64,000 bases of DNA from Minisyncoccota bacterium (GTDB lineage Bacteria > Patescibacteriota > Minisyncoccia > Phycocordibacterales > UBA9973), in assembly GCA_041662205.1 (NCBI GenBank), contig JBAZSZ010000001.1, positions 226,494 through 290,493 on the forward strand, read 5' to 3'. A model generated the notes under the pieces. That model saw only the letters and a program-made list of their open reading frames with translations, made no database searches and was not told the DNA's origin. Of the stretch, positions 27,237 to 38,577 are shown piece after piece (position 1 is the stretch's first letter; every line of letters begins with the position of its first letter). The position numbers and the translations under genes are program-made.

Positions 27237-27851
27237 ATGGGCACGAAAATAAAATTGGCAATATTAATTTCTGATGCCGGTACTGGCACTAATTTAAAAG
27301 CTATTATCGATGGAGTTAATTCCGGTACAATCAACGCTGAAATTTGCGCAGTAATTTCAGATACTATAAATGCAAAAGGACTAGAACATGCTAAGGCAAA
27401 TAATTTAAAAATTGAAATTTGTGAAAATAAAAAAGACTTACTGCCACTTTTAAAAAAAATAGAGTCGGATTATGTTTGCTTGGCTGGCTGGAAACAAATT
27501 ATTCTAGATGAAGTGATTCTCGCTTTTCCAAATAAGATTTTAAATTTACACCCTGGACTAATTCCTGACACTGTTGAAGTAAACTATAAAAATCCTGATG
27601 GGACAGATGCTCTTTGGAATAAAGGCATGATGACCAATAAAGCAATCAAGAATTTCTTTGATCAAAAGTCTACTTTTGCCGGTTCGAGTGTCCATTTTTT
27701 AACTTTAAATTTTGATTTTGGGCCAGTCCTAGGAAGAACTTTTGAGAAAATTGAAGAGAGTGACAATATCGAATCCTTATACGAAAGATTAAAGAAAAAA
27801 GAAAACAAGCTATATATAGAAGTTTTAGAAAAATTGTGTCAAAATGAATAA
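27237..27851 (+). CDS. purN: phosphoribosylglycinamide formyltransferase
   Basis: SDAGTGTNLKAIID N-terminus and LNLHPGLIP; sits between purF and purD. Confidence 0.7.
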   Translation: MGTKIKLAILISDAGTGTNLKAIIDGVNSGTINAEICAVISDTINAKGLEHAKANNLKIEICENKKDLLPLLKKIESDYVCLAGWKQIILDEVILAFPNKILNLHPGLIPDTVEVNYKNPDGTDALWNKGMMTNKAIKNFFDQKSTFAGSSVHFLTLNFDFGPVLGRTFEKIEESDNIESLYERLKKKENKLYIEVLEKLCQNE

Positions 27852-29136
27852 TATGCAAAAAATTTTAATTATAGGTTCTGGCGGAAGGGAACACGCTATC
27901 GGGTGGAAAGTAGCGCAATCACCAAAAGCTGGACAGATCTTTTTCGCCCCTGGAAATGGCGGAACTAGCGATATCGGCATCAATGTAGATATAAAAGCGA
28001 CAGATATTTCTGGATTATTAGAATTTGCTCAAAAAGAAAAAATAGATTTGACATTGGCCTTGCCTGATGACCCGCTCGCACTTGGAATTGCAGACGAATT
28101 TAAAAAAAGCAATTTGCGTATTTTTGGTCCGACTCAAAATGCCAGCAAAATAGAATGGTCAAAGGCTTTTTCCAAAGACTTTATGCATCGACACAATCTT
28201 TCAACTGCAAAATTTGAAACATTTGGTGATTTTGAAAAAGCCAAAGATTACGTTAGAAGGCAATCAATGCCGATTGTTATAAAAGCGAGCGGTCTGGCCT
28301 TAGGCAAAGGTGTAATCATTTGCCAGAATCTAGAAGAAGCAAATAAAGCGCTCGAGGATATGTTTGTAAAAAAAGTTTTTGGAGATGCTGGCACTACCAT
28401 AGTGATAGAAGAATTTTTAATCGGACCAGAAATTTCTATTCATGCTTTTACGGACGGTCAGAATTATAAAATGTTTCCTACTTCACAGGATCATAAGAAA
28501 ATAGGTGAAAATGATACTGGGTTGAATACCGGCGGAATGGGTACGATTGCACCACTTCCTTTTGTAACAGATGAACTTTTGGAAAATATTGAGAAAAATA
28601 TCGTCGCTCCAACTGTTGACGCCATGAGCAAAGACGGCAATCCATTTTTAGGTGTGATTTATCCCGGACTCATGCTCACCCAAAATGGTCCTAAAATTCT
28701 TGAATATAATGCGCGTTTTGGTGACCCAGAAACACAAACCTATATGCGACTTTTAGATACGGATATCTTAGACATTTTTAACGCCTGTGTTGATGGGAAG
28801 CTCGATCAAATACAAATAAATTGGAGTAAAAAATTTGCTTGCACGATAGTCCTGGCTTCTGGAGGGTATCCGGAAAATTACGAAAAGGGGAAAGTAATTT
28901 CAGGAATTGAAGAAGCAGAAATGCAACCAGATATTGTAGTCTTCCATGCTGGTACAAAAATACAGAATAATCAGCTTGTTACAAACGGCGGACGAGTGCT
29001 AGGGGTTACTGCTACTGGCGACACCCTAGAAGAAGCGCTTGAAAAAGCTTACAAAGCCATAGAAAAAATTTCTTTTGAAGGTATGCAATACCGAAAAGAT
29101 ATAGGCAAAGGTGCACTAAAAATAAAAAATTTCTAA
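27844..29136 (+). CDS. purD: phosphoribosylamine--glycine ligase
   Basis: ILIIGSGGREHAI start and ATP-grasp core. Confidence 0.9.
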   Translation: MNNMQKILIIGSGGREHAIGWKVAQSPKAGQIFFAPGNGGTSDIGINVDIKATDISGLLEFAQKEKIDLTLALPDDPLALGIADEFKKSNLRIFGPTQNASKIEWSKAFSKDFMHRHNLSTAKFETFGDFEKAKDYVRRQSMPIVIKASGLALGKGVIICQNLEEANKALEDMFVKKVFGDAGTTIVIEEFLIGPEISIHAFTDGQNYKMFPTSQDHKKIGENDTGLNTGGMGTIAPLPFVTDELLENIEKNIVAPTVDAMSKDGNPFLGVIYPGLMLTQNGPKILEYNARFGDPETQTYMRLLDTDILDIFNACVDGKLDQIQINWSKKFACTIVLASGGYPENYEKGKVISGIEEAEMQPDIVVFHAGTKIQNNQLVTNGGRVLGVTATGDTLEEALEKAYKAIEKISFEGMQYRKDIGKGALKIKNF

Positions 29137-30515
29137 TTATCCCAATTGAAAAATTGTTCTCGGTCTGGGCCGGTACCGACGGAGATGATCTTTATATTAA
29201 GGTCGGAGAGTTTATTTTTTATATATTTTAAATAGGAGACGAGTTCTTTGGAAACTTTCTTTTTATTGTTTACGCCGTAATTTTTTTCTCCCCAGCCGTG
29301 GATATCTTCTGTCACCACATTCGTTACTTTACTTAAATAAAGTGGAAACTCTTTTAAAATTTTATTTTTATTTTTCTCTTTTACTTTGTATCCCGTGACC
29401 ACTTTTATTTTATCACTCAAACAAATATCAGCTTTGTTTATAAAAATTCTATTTGCACCCGAAAGCTCTATGGCATGGCGCAAAGCAAATAAATCAAGCC
29501 AACCGCACATCCGCGGACGGCCAGTAGTCGCTCCGAATTCTTGCCCCGCATTCTGAAAAAGCTTTTCCAATGCTTCATCTTTTATTCTAGCAGGGAAGTT
29601 TCCACCGCCTACTTTAGTAGTATAAGCCTTGATCACTCCATAGATATTTCGCAAATAAGTATGAGGCACGCCCAAACCCAAGCAAACGTTGGCTGGTAGG
29701 GTATTACTGCTTGTAACATTAGGATAATCACCAAAATCAACATCCAACATCACCGCTTGTGCGCCTTCGGCTAAAATATTTTTTCCGTCTTTCAGTCTTT
29801 TTTGAATTAAAGATGATACGTCACAAATTTTAAGTTTCTTTATTTCTTTTACTACTTTCAACCATTTTTTCTTTGATTTTTTTATTTTTTTTAGATCAAT
29901 TTCAAAACCATATTTTTCTCGGTACATATTCAAAAGATTCATATGAAATTCAGACAAAATCTTTTCTTTCTTTTCAAAATCCGGTAATAATATATCACCC
30001 ATCAAAAATGCTCTCCTGTTTCGCACATCAGCATAAGCTGGACCAATACCTCTAGATGTCGTACCTATCTTTGTTCCTAGTTTATCGTTTAATTTACTTC
30101 GGCGATGTTCTTCGGCTTGATCTAAAAAAGGATGTAAGTATGAAACTAATTTTGCTCGATTAGAAATAAAAAGACGAGGAACAACATTGAATCCTAAATT
30201 TTTTAATTGAGCAATTTCTGAAATCAAAGACACAGCATCTACCACAACACCATTGCCAATAAATAATTCAATTTTTTTGTGAAGGCAACCAGACGGAACA
30301 ATGTGCCCAATAAAAGTAGTTTTGCCTATTTTGAGAGTGTGTCCAGCATTAGCACCCCCTTGAAAACGAGCTACTCCAGAATAGATACCAGAAGATAAAA
30401 GTTGGTCTATATTTTTACCTTTTCCTTCGTCTCCCCATTGAAGGCCGACAACCACGTCGATAAATCCTTTATTGCCCAACACTGTAGTTAGGAGATTCTT
30501 TAGTAATGACGACAT
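29133..30515 (-). CDS. purA: adenylosuccinate synthetase
   Basis: [12 protein letters not shown]-loop and GIGPAY. Confidence 0.9.
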   Translation of the reverse strand: MSSLLKNLLTTVLGNKGFIDVVVGLQWGDEGKGKNIDQLLSSGIYSGVARFQGGANAGHTLKIGKTTFIGHIVPSGCLHKKIELFIGNGVVVDAVSLISEIAQLKNLGFNVVPRLFISNRAKLVSYLHPFLDQAEEHRRSKLNDKLGTKIGTTSRGIGPAYADVRNRRAFLMGDILLPDFEKKEKILSEFHMNLLNMYREKYGFEIDLKKIKKSKKKWLKVVKEIKKLKICDVSSLIQKRLKDGKNILAEGAQAVMLDVDFGDYPNVTSSNTLPANVCLGLGVPHTYLRNIYGVIKAYTTKVGGGNFPARIKDEALEKLFQNAGQEFGATTGRPRMCGWLDLFALRHAIELSGANRIFINKADICLSDKIKVVTGYKVKEKNKNKILKEFPLYLSKVTNVVTEDIHGWGEKNYGVNNKKKVSKELVSYLKYIKNKLSDLNIKIISVGTGPDREQFFNWDN

Positions 30516-31983
30516 CGTGAGGATGACTTTCTTTTATACCAGAATTAGTGATACGAACAAATCTTACATTATCTTGAAGAGTTTTTATATTTTCGGTTCC
30601 ACAATATCCCATGCCAGCACGGAGGCCTCCAACAAGCTGATAAATTACTTCCGCTAAGACACCCTTGAAAGAAACTCTACCGACTATTCCTTCGGGTACA
30701 AGTTTTTTAATATCTTCTTCCATGTCTTGAAAATATCGGTCTTTAGAGCCGAGCTGCATAGCCTCGATAGAACCCATGCCACGATAAGTTTTATATTTTC
30801 TGGATTCAAAAATAATTATTTCACCAGGGGATTCTTCAACTCCAGCAAAGAGGGAACCAGCCATAACAGAACTTGCTCCAGCCGCGATGGCTTTGGTAAT
30901 GTCGCCTGTATATCTGATACCTCCATCAGCAATAATTGGCACATTTGTACCTTTTAAAGCTTGTGCTACTTCATACACAGCAGAAAATTGAGGATAACCC
31001 ACGCCAGTGATTACTCTAGTAGTGCAAATTGATCCTGGTCCAATGCCGACTTTCACTGCATCTGCTCCAGCTTTGACTAAAGCCAGTGCTGCCTCTCCTG
31101 TAGCAATATTTCCGGCAATAACTTCTAATTGAGGAAATTCTTTTTTTATTTTTTTTAACATTTCGATCACCCCTTTTGAATGACCGTGAGCAGTATCGAT
31201 AGCTACCACATCTACCCCATTTTGCACTAAAGCTCTAACTCTTTCCAAGGTATCATTTGATATCCCGACTGCGGCACCGACACGCAGACGACCCAAATTA
31301 TCTCGAGAAGATTTTGGACGAGATTTTACTTTCATTATATCTTTATAAGTGATGAGACCAATAAGTTTATTTTTACTATCAACCAATGGCAATTTCTCAA
31401 CTTTGTGTTCAGTTAATATTTTTTCAGCTTCTTTCAGATCAGTGCGAATATTTCCGGTTATCAAATTTTCTTTGGTCATGATTTCACCCACTGAAAGTTC
31501 TAGATTTTCCTGAAATCGTAAATCACGATTGGTCAAAATTCCTTTTAATTCCATATTTTTATCTACGATTGGAATCCCGCCAATTTTGTTTTCCTTCATA
31601 ATAGAAAAAGCCTCACTAAGCAAGGATTCCGGTGTTAAAGTTATAGGGTCATGAATCATGCCACTTTCAGAACGTTTCACTTTGCGTACTTCAGCGGCTT
31701 GTTTTTCAATACTCATATTCTTATGAATAATTCCTATGCCTCCTTCTTGAGCCATTGCTATAGCCATCGCTCCTTCAGTAACCATATCCATGGCGGCAGA
31801 AACAATGGGGATGCTGAGTGTTATTTTTTTAGTAAGCTTTGAAGAAATATCTACATCTCGAGGCAAGACTTCTGAATATTGTGGTACCAGTAAAACATCA
31901 TCATAAGCCAAACCTTCTTTAAAGTTTTCTTTATCTTTTTTAACTTTATTTAATACTTTATTTTTTATTACTTTCAAAGCCAT
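30469..31983 (-). CDS. guaB: IMP dehydrogenase
   Basis: CBS pair plus TIM barrel; [11 protein letters not shown] catalytic loop. Confidence 0.9.
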   Translation of the reverse strand: MALKVIKNKVLNKVKKDKENFKEGLAYDDVLLVPQYSEVLPRDVDISSKLTKKITLSIPIVSAAMDMVTEGAMAIAMAQEGGIGIIHKNMSIEKQAAEVRKVKRSESGMIHDPITLTPESLLSEAFSIMKENKIGGIPIVDKNMELKGILTNRDLRFQENLELSVGEIMTKENLITGNIRTDLKEAEKILTEHKVEKLPLVDSKNKLIGLITYKDIMKVKSRPKSSRDNLGRLRVGAAVGISNDTLERVRALVQNGVDVVAIDTAHGHSKGVIEMLKKIKKEFPQLEVIAGNIATGEAALALVKAGADAVKVGIGPGSICTTRVITGVGYPQFSAVYEVAQALKGTNVPIIADGGIRYTGDITKAIAAGASSVMAGSLFAGVEESPGEIIIFESRKYKTYRGMGSIEAMQLGSKDRYFQDMEEDIKKLVPEGIVGRVSFKGVLAEVIYQLVGGLRAGMGYCGTENIKTLQDNVRFVRITNSGIKESHPHDVVITKESPNYSVGQ

Positions 31984-32008
31984 AATATATCGTGTATACT
32001 ACCATATT

Positions 32009-33535
32009 ATGAATGATATACAAATACTGATTGTGGACTATGGGTCGCAATATACATTGGTTATTGGTAGAACTCTGCGTGAGCTTGGCATACGAAGCAT
32101 AATATTACCACCGAATAAAGCGGACAACTGGCTAAAAAATAATACTCCTAAAGCAGTTATCCTCTCTGGAAGCAACTGGAGTGTTCACAACCAAGGAGCA
32201 CCAAGTATTCCCCAAATACTTGATACTACAGGTAAAAAATATTTAATTTTAGGAATATGTTACGGTATGCAACTCTTGGCATATAAAAAGGGAGGCAAAG
32301 TAGAACGACCACTCGGACATAGAGAATATGGACCAGCTACAGTAACGCTAAAAACTACACATCCTCTTTTTAATACAGTTTCTAAAAAAACTCAAGTCTG
32401 GGCAAGTCATGGAGACACTGTCACGAAACTTCCAAAAGGTTTTTTTTCTATCGCGACGTCCGGCGGGAATGCAGCAATGAGTGACAAGACTAATCGCGTG
32501 CTCGGAATTCAATTTCATCCAGAAGTCGTAGACACAAAAGAAGGTAAAAAGATATTGCAAAATTTTTTAGATATGGCTAATTGTAAAAAAGACTGGAACC
32601 CCACAAATTTAATCCACGAAATTCAAAAAGAAGTTTTGGAAATTGTGGGCGAGAAAGAAAAAGTTATTTTAGGGGTTTCTGGCGGAGTGGACTCTACTAC
32701 TTTGGCTGCTGTACTCGCTCCAGTTTTGGGCAAAAGATTAATTTGTGTAGCTATTGATACCGGAGGTTTAAGACAAAATGAAGTAGCAGAATTGAAAAAT
32801 AATACTAAAAGTACTGGCATTAAAAATCTAAATATAATTTCAGCCGGAGATGAATTTATAAAAAATATTGGTACAACAATTGACGGAGAGAAAAAAAGAG
32901 CAAAGTTCCGTACTGTTTACAAGAGAATTTTTGAAGAACAAATAAAAAAAGCAGGCGCAAAATTTATTGTTCAAGGAACTTTAGCGACTGACATCATCGA
33001 AAGTGGAAAAGCAGGGGAGTCAGCTATGATCAAAACGCATCACAATGTAGGTCTCAACTGGAAAGTAGAAGACTTACATCCTTTTCGTAATTTATTTAAA
33101 TATGAAGTTCGAGAGCTTGCTCGAGTGCTCAAACTTCCAAAAGCTATTTCAGAACGTAACCCTTTCCCAGGTCCAGGTTTATTTTTGAGAATTGTCGGCA
33201 CGCCAGTTTCTAAAGAAAAACTCGAACTCGTACGGGAAGCAGATAAAACTGTAACAGATATATTAAAAAAACATGATGTCGCCAAAGATATTTCTCAGCT
33301 AATTGTTGCGCTTCTTGGTGTCGATTCTGTTGGAGTAAAAGGAGATGAACGAGTTTACGGTCATTCTATTGCAATTCGTGCTGTGCAAACAGTAGATTTT
33401 ATGACTGCTAAAGGTTACTATTTTCCAGAAGTAGTGATGGAAGAAATTACAAACGCTCTCACTAAACATAAAGGCATAGTCCGGGTATTTTTTGACATGA
33501 CCCCTAAACCTCCGGCTACAACGGAGTTTGAGTAA
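32009..33535 (+). CDS. guaA: GMP synthase (glutamine-hydrolysing)
   Basis: GATase domain (GICYGMQ) plus PP-loop SGGVDS. Confidence 0.9.
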   Translation: MNDIQILIVDYGSQYTLVIGRTLRELGIRSIILPPNKADNWLKNNTPKAVILSGSNWSVHNQGAPSIPQILDTTGKKYLILGICYGMQLLAYKKGGKVERPLGHREYGPATVTLKTTHPLFNTVSKKTQVWASHGDTVTKLPKGFFSIATSGGNAAMSDKTNRVLGIQFHPEVVDTKEGKKILQNFLDMANCKKDWNPTNLIHEIQKEVLEIVGEKEKVILGVSGGVDSTTLAAVLAPVLGKRLICVAIDTGGLRQNEVAELKNNTKSTGIKNLNIISAGDEFIKNIGTTIDGEKKRAKFRTVYKRIFEEQIKKAGAKFIVQGTLATDIIESGKAGESAMIKTHHNVGLNWKVEDLHPFRNLFKYEVRELARVLKLPKAISERNPFPGPGLFLRIVGTPVSKEKLELVREADKTVTDILKKHDVAKDISQLIVALLGVDSVGVKGDERVYGHSIAIRAVQTVDFMTAKGYYFPEVVMEEITNALTKHKGIVRVFFDMTPKPPATTEFE

Positions 33536-33547
33536 AAAAATAAATTT

Positions 33548-35047
33548 ATGAATAAAAAAATAACAAAAAAAATTCAGAGTGCTTTAATTTCAGTTTTTAA
33601 TAAAGATGGACTGGAAGAAATAGTTAAACTACTTGCTAAGCATAATGTGAAAATTATTTCGACTGGCGGTACTGCGGAATTTATCCGCAAGCTCAATGTG
33701 CCGGTAACTGAAGTGGAGAAAATCACAAATTATCCTGCATTATTTGGAGGTAGAGTAAAAACACTGCAACCGCAAATTTTTGGCGGGATTTTAAATCGCC
33801 GGGATAACCAAAATGATCAAAAAGAAAAAACAGAGCATAAAATAGAAGATATCGATCTAGTAATAGTGGACTTATATCCTTTTGAAGAAACTCTCGCTAG
33901 TGGCGCAGATGAAGAAGAAATCATAGAAAAAATAGACATCGGAGGAATATCATTAATTCGCGCAGCCGCAAAAAATTTTAATGATGTAGTTGTAATTTCT
34001 TCAAAGAATCAATATAAAGAACTTTTGCAAATACTAGAAAATGGTAATGAAACTAGTTTAGAAGAAAGAAAAAAATTCGCAGGCAATGCTTTTGAAGTGA
34101 CGAGTCTTTACGATAGTGCTATACGTGGATATTTCCAAGGCAAAAAACTTCGTTACGGGGAAAACCCTCACCAAAAATCAGAATTCATAGGTAGTCTCGA
34201 AGAAAGTTTCATCCAACTTCACGGTAAAGAACTTTCATATAATAATTTAATAGATACTGAGGCGGCCATTATGGCTGTTTATGATTTCAAGGACCCTGCT
34301 TTTGGTATAGTCAAACATATGAATACTTGTGGTTTAGCTGTTAGACCCGAAGGACATTTATTTGAGGCATACGAGGCGGCTTATAATGCCGATCCACTTT
34401 CAGCTTTTGGTGGCATACTTGCAGCCAATAGAATTATCGAGGAAGATATCGCTAGGCTCATAAAAGAACAAAAACTTTTTGTAGAAGTTATCATCGCGCC
34501 AGATTTTTCCAGGGAAGCTTTAAATATATTAATGGAGAAAAAAGATTGTAGAATTTTAAAATGGAAAAATCCAAATCTTTCAGCAAAACAAAACCGAACT
34601 TGTTTTACAGGAATTCTTTCGCAAGATCGAGACACTCATATAGAAACTGAAGGAGATTTTAAAATAGTCACAAAACGTGAACCAACAAATCAAGAAAAAA
34701 AAGATTTACTCATAGCCGCAGTGATAACAAAGCATTTAAAATCAAATGCCATAGCCCTAGTGAAAGATGGCACACTTATTTCTATGGGGTGCGGGCAAAC
34801 ATCACGCATTGATGCATTAAAGCAAGCCATCGATAAAGCTAGGAAATTTAATTTTTCGCTCAAGGGCGCAGTGATGTCATCAGAAGCATTTTTCCCATTT
34901 CCTGACTGCGTAGAGCTAGCGGGAGAAGAAGGTATCACCGCGGTACTTCATCCTGGAGGTTCGAAAAATGACCAAACGTCAATCGACATGGCGGACAAAT
35001 ATAATATAGCAATGGTAACAACTAGTTTCAGACATTTTAAACACTAA
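33548..35047 (+). CDS. purH: bifunctional AICAR transformylase / IMP cyclohydrolase
   Basis: MGS-like N-domain (ISTGGTA) and AICARFT C-domain. Confidence 0.9.
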   Translation: MNKKITKKIQSALISVFNKDGLEEIVKLLAKHNVKIISTGGTAEFIRKLNVPVTEVEKITNYPALFGGRVKTLQPQIFGGILNRRDNQNDQKEKTEHKIEDIDLVIVDLYPFEETLASGADEEEIIEKIDIGGISLIRAAAKNFNDVVVISSKNQYKELLQILENGNETSLEERKKFAGNAFEVTSLYDSAIRGYFQGKKLRYGENPHQKSEFIGSLEESFIQLHGKELSYNNLIDTEAAIMAVYDFKDPAFGIVKHMNTCGLAVRPEGHLFEAYEAAYNADPLSAFGGILAANRIIEEDIARLIKEQKLFVEVIIAPDFSREALNILMEKKDCRILKWKNPNLSAKQNRTCFTGILSQDRDTHIETEGDFKIVTKREPTNQEKKDLLIAAVITKHLKSNAIALVKDGTLISMGCGQTSRIDALKQAIDKARKFNFSLKGAVMSSEAFFPFPDCVELAGEEGITAVLHPGGSKNDQTSIDMADKYNIAMVTTSFRHFKH

Positions 35048-35165
35048 AATAGTAAAGTTGACAAGTCCTTCTCAGAGTGTATCCTTTAAAGGAATCTAAT
35101 AAAAAAATTTGTTTAGGATTTGCTTTGTAAATCCTTTTGAAAAATCAATATTAAAGGAGGCATAT

Positions 35166-35546
35166 ATGCTAAAGTTAGAATTAGAAGTCAAAAATTTGTT
35201 GCGATTTTATTGTAACAAATCTTTTCGAGAAGTATGTAAATTATTAATCAATGACACATGCCCTGTACTTACTGATGATATAGTAGCGGGCATGTATATT
35301 GTAGCATTCTCCAGATACGAATCTAGAACCGAAGTGTTTGAGGACCTGCCCACAGAGGAATGCAGAGAGCATTTTATAAAAATTAGGGGAGGGAGCTTCA
35401 AAAGATTTATCCTCTTCAAAAAAGAAGACGACAATGGTGTTCTCGTAGGACAAGGTGTCGATGAGAATTACTACGTTGTCCTCAGCTGGGACAGAAATGG
35501 TTATGATCTTTGGGAACCGGAAGTGCTGTTTCCAAGTAACAGATGA
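35166..35546 (+). CDS. small hypothetical protein, tandem paralog 1
   Basis: SD AAGGAGG 5 nt upstream of ATG 35166. C-terminus VVLSWDRNGYDLWEP is homologous to the next gene. Confidence 0.5.
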   Translation: MLKLELEVKNLLRFYCNKSFREVCKLLINDTCPVLTDDIVAGMYIVAFSRYESRTEVFEDLPTEECREHFIKIRGGSFKRFILFKKEDDNGVLVGQGVDENYYVVLSWDRNGYDLWEPEVLFPSNR

Positions 35547-35591
35547 ATGCTTGAAAAATAGCAAAAAACATTTAACTTGGGAGGTCAAACG

Positions 35592-35975
35592 ATGAACAAA
35601 GAAGGTTATTCTTTTTTAAAAGTAACTTCGATGCGTGAACTATGTAATGCTCTGGTTGTAAACGAAACACCTTTTCTCGACATAAACTTGTTGAGAATGT
35701 TTTCTGCAGTTTCAACATCAACGTTTGAATCGCAGTATTGGATTTCTGTAAATATTCCAAAGAAATCCAAAAAACATTTCAGGATAATTCAGAAGCTCGG
35801 GGGTATCATAAATCCATTCTTCACAAGATTTACACTTTTTTTAAAATCATCTGATGGAATAATCGTAGGTTTCAGAGACGATAAAACTTATTTTGTTGTC
35901 GCCGCTTGGGACAAAAATGGAATTGATCTTTGGACTCCAAAGATTGATGTTCCTGAAGGAATAAGTAGTAGTTGA
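35592..35975 (+). CDS. small hypothetical protein, tandem paralog 2
   Basis: SD GGGAGG upstream of ATG 35592. C-terminus VVAAWDKNGIDLWTP matches paralog 1. Confidence 0.5.
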   Translation: MNKEGYSFLKVTSMRELCNALVVNETPFLDINLLRMFSAVSTSTFESQYWISVNIPKKSKKHFRIIQKLGGIINPFFTRFTLFLKSSDGIIVGFRDDKTYFVVAAWDKNGIDLWTPKIDVPEGISSS

Positions 35976-35995
35976 TGGATCCGAACCTACTATCA

Positions 35996-36048
35996 AAAGG
36001 CCAACATGCTCCGGGAGGAAAGTGTGTTGGCCTTTAGCATTTGTTTTA
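35996..36048 (+). terminator. rho-independent terminator (11-bp perfect stem aaaggccaaca / tgttggccttt, T-rich tail)
   Basis: Read directly; lies between paralog 2 and purE. Confidence 0.7.
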
Positions 36049-36073
36049 AATTAAAAAAATGATAAGATAAAAT

Positions 36074-36595
36074 ATGGAAAAAAATCCTATTGTTGGTATA
36101 GTCATGGGCTCAGATTCTGATTTAGAAGTGATGGCAGAAGCAGCGAAAGTTTTCGAAGAATTTAATGTGCCTTTTGATCTGACTGTGGCTTCAGCGCATC
36201 GCAGTCCTGACTTAGTGCACAAATATACAACTAGCGCAAAATCCCGCGGATTAAAAATTATTATCGCAGGTGCAGGTGGAGCAGCGCATCTAGCTGGGGT
36301 CATCGCATCACTCACGACTCTTCCAGTCATTGGTGTACCTATTAAAACAAAGAACCTAGACGGTCTCGATTCAATTCTTTCTACTATCAATATGCCCCCA
36401 GGCATACCTGTCGCAACTGTCGGAATTAACTCTGCAAAAAATGCTGGGTTGTTAGCTATTACCATACTTGCCATAAATGATAAAAATTTAGAAAAAAAAT
36501 TAATTGCCTATAAAAATAAAATGAAAGTGGAGGTGAAAATAAAAGGAGAGAAACTTTTAAAAGTTGGATATAAAAAATATTTAAATAATAAATAA
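36074..36595 (+). CDS. purE: PurE-family mutase/carboxylase (N5-CAIR mutase or AIR carboxylase)
   Basis: IVGIVMGSDSD...IAGAGGAAHLAG...PVIGVP is the PurE fold signature. Confidence 0.85.
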   Translation: MEKNPIVGIVMGSDSDLEVMAEAAKVFEEFNVPFDLTVASAHRSPDLVHKYTTSAKSRGLKIIIAGAGGAAHLAGVIASLTTLPVIGVPIKTKNLDGLDSILSTINMPPGIPVATVGINSAKNAGLLAITILAINDKNLEKKLIAYKNKMKVEVKIKGEKLLKVGYKKYLNNK

Positions 36596-36599
36596 AAAA

Positions 36600-37640
36600 A
36601 TGAGCGACTTGTATAAACAAGCTGGTGTAAATATTGAAGCTGGAAACGAAGTTGTAAGGCGGATCAAAGAAAGTGTGGCGAGTACTCACACTAATGCTGT
36701 ACTTACAAATATCGGACACTTTGGAGGACTATATGATTTAGGAGAAATTATTAAAAATTATAAACATCCGATCTTAGTACAAAGCATCGATGGTGTAGGA
36801 ACAAAACTTTTAGTAGCGAAAATGGCAAACAAATACGACTCCGTAGGTGAAGATATGGTCGGACATAGTTGTGGGGATATTCTCGCAATGGGTGCACGGC
36901 CTATTACATTTCTAGACTATGTCGCCAATGAGACACTTATACCAGAAGAAATGGAACAAATGGTTAGAGGTATGGCAAAGGCCTGCAAAGATGCGGGAGT
37001 CGCCATTATTGGCGGCGAAACCGCTGAAATGCCAGGTGTATACATGAAAGGCGAACATGATATCGCTGGATGTATTTCTGGTATAGTAGAAAAAGATAAA
37101 ATAATAACAGGAGAGAAAATTACAGAAGGAGATATTATTTTTGGCCTTGCCTCATCAGGACTACATACAAATGGATTTTCTCTTGCCAGAAAATTAATTT
37201 TTGAAAAAGCCTCACATACGGTAGAAGAAAAAATTCCAGAACTTGGCATGACAGTAGGGGAAGCGCTTTTGCAAGTTCACACTAATTATACAAAGCCAAT
37301 ACTAGAAATACTTGATTCTGAAATTGAAATAAAAGGCATCGCGCATATTACTGGCGGAGGATTTGTAGAAAATATTCCTCGCATACTTCCTAAAAATTTG
37401 AATGCAGAAATAAAAAAGGGTTCTTGGCCCGTCCTTCCAATTTTCTCTTTTATGCAAAAAATTGGTACTATTAGTGAACAGGAAATGTACACTGCATTCA
37501 ATATGGGTATTGGTATGGTTCTGGTTTCCAAAATATCAGAGAAAACAAGAATTGAAGAAATTTTAAAAAAATATCAAAATTATAAAATTTATGAAATTGG
37601 AAAAATTATTAATGGAGAAGGAAAAGTAATTTTTATATAA
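36600..37640 (+). CDS. purM: phosphoribosylformylglycinamidine cyclo-ligase
   Basis: YKQAGVNIEAGNE N-terminus and AIRS domains. Confidence 0.9.
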   Translation: MSDLYKQAGVNIEAGNEVVRRIKESVASTHTNAVLTNIGHFGGLYDLGEIIKNYKHPILVQSIDGVGTKLLVAKMANKYDSVGEDMVGHSCGDILAMGARPITFLDYVANETLIPEEMEQMVRGMAKACKDAGVAIIGGETAEMPGVYMKGEHDIAGCISGIVEKDKIITGEKITEGDIIFGLASSGLHTNGFSLARKLIFEKASHTVEEKIPELGMTVGEALLQVHTNYTKPILEILDSEIEIKGIAHITGGGFVENIPRILPKNLNAEIKKGSWPVLPIFSFMQKIGTISEQEMYTAFNMGIGMVLVSKISEKTRIEEILKKYQNYKIYEIGKIINGEGKVIFI

Positions 37641-37641
37641 A

Positions 37642-38577
37642 ATGAATCTACTAAAAGAAACAAATTTTACAGACTTAGGAGAAAAATATATTGGGAAGGT
37701 ACGAGATGTTTACATACAAAATGATAAAGTTATTATGATTTCTACTGATAGATATTCAGCTTTTGATCGCAATTTAGCTCTCATACCTTGTAAAGGGCAA
37801 GTTTTAACTCAAACAAGTAAATTTTGGTTTGAAAATACAAAAGATATAGTAAAAAATCATGTTCTAGACTTTCCAGACCCAAATGTGGTCGTAGGTAGAA
37901 AATGTAAAGTTTTACCAGTGGAAGTAGTGCCAAGAGGATATATATCTGGAGTTACAGGAACTTCTCTATGGACTTTATACCAAAAAGGAATGAGAGATTT
38001 TGGAGATTTTATTTTGCCTGATGGTATGCATAAAAATCAAAAATTGGATAAGGTTGTATTGACGCCCACCACTAAGCATGAAGAACATGACCGGCCACTT
38101 TCAAGCAAAGATGTAATTGATGGCGGATATATGACAAAAGATCAATGGGAAAAAGTTGCGGATATTTCTTTAAAACTTTTTGCCCGTGGACAAGAGATAG
38201 CTCTAACACATGGACTCATATTAGTAGATACTAAATACGAATTTGGCTTGGATGAAAACAACGAAATAATTTTAATTGATGAAATTCATACTCCAGACTC
38301 TTCTAGATATTGGCAAGCAGATTCTTACCAAACCAAAATAGACCAAGGTCTTGAGCCAGAAAATTTTGATAAGGAATTTTTACGTTTATGGTTTAAGAAA
38401 AATTGTGATCCCTATAAAGACAAGGTATTACCTGAAGCACCGATAGAGATGATAAAAGAGTTATCTAGCCGATACATCCGAATCTGCGAACAAATAACTG
38501 GTATTCCTTTTAAGGTTCAAATAGGGAATATAGCCAAACGAATAGAAAATAATCTTAAAAAATACGAAATAAAATGA
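37642..38577 (+). CDS. purC: SAICAR synthetase
   Basis: GKVRDVY...DRYSAFD (SAICAR_synt motifs). Confidence 0.9.
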   Translation: MNLLKETNFTDLGEKYIGKVRDVYIQNDKVIMISTDRYSAFDRNLALIPCKGQVLTQTSKFWFENTKDIVKNHVLDFPDPNVVVGRKCKVLPVEVVPRGYISGVTGTSLWTLYQKGMRDFGDFILPDGMHKNQKLDKVVLTPTTKHEEHDRPLSSKDVIDGGYMTKDQWEKVADISLKLFARGQEIALTHGLILVDTKYEFGLDENNEIILIDEIHTPDSSRYWQADSYQTKIDQGLEPENFDKEFLRLWFKKNCDPYKDKVLPEAPIEMIKELSSRYIRICEQITGIPFKVQIGNIAKRIENNLKKYEIK

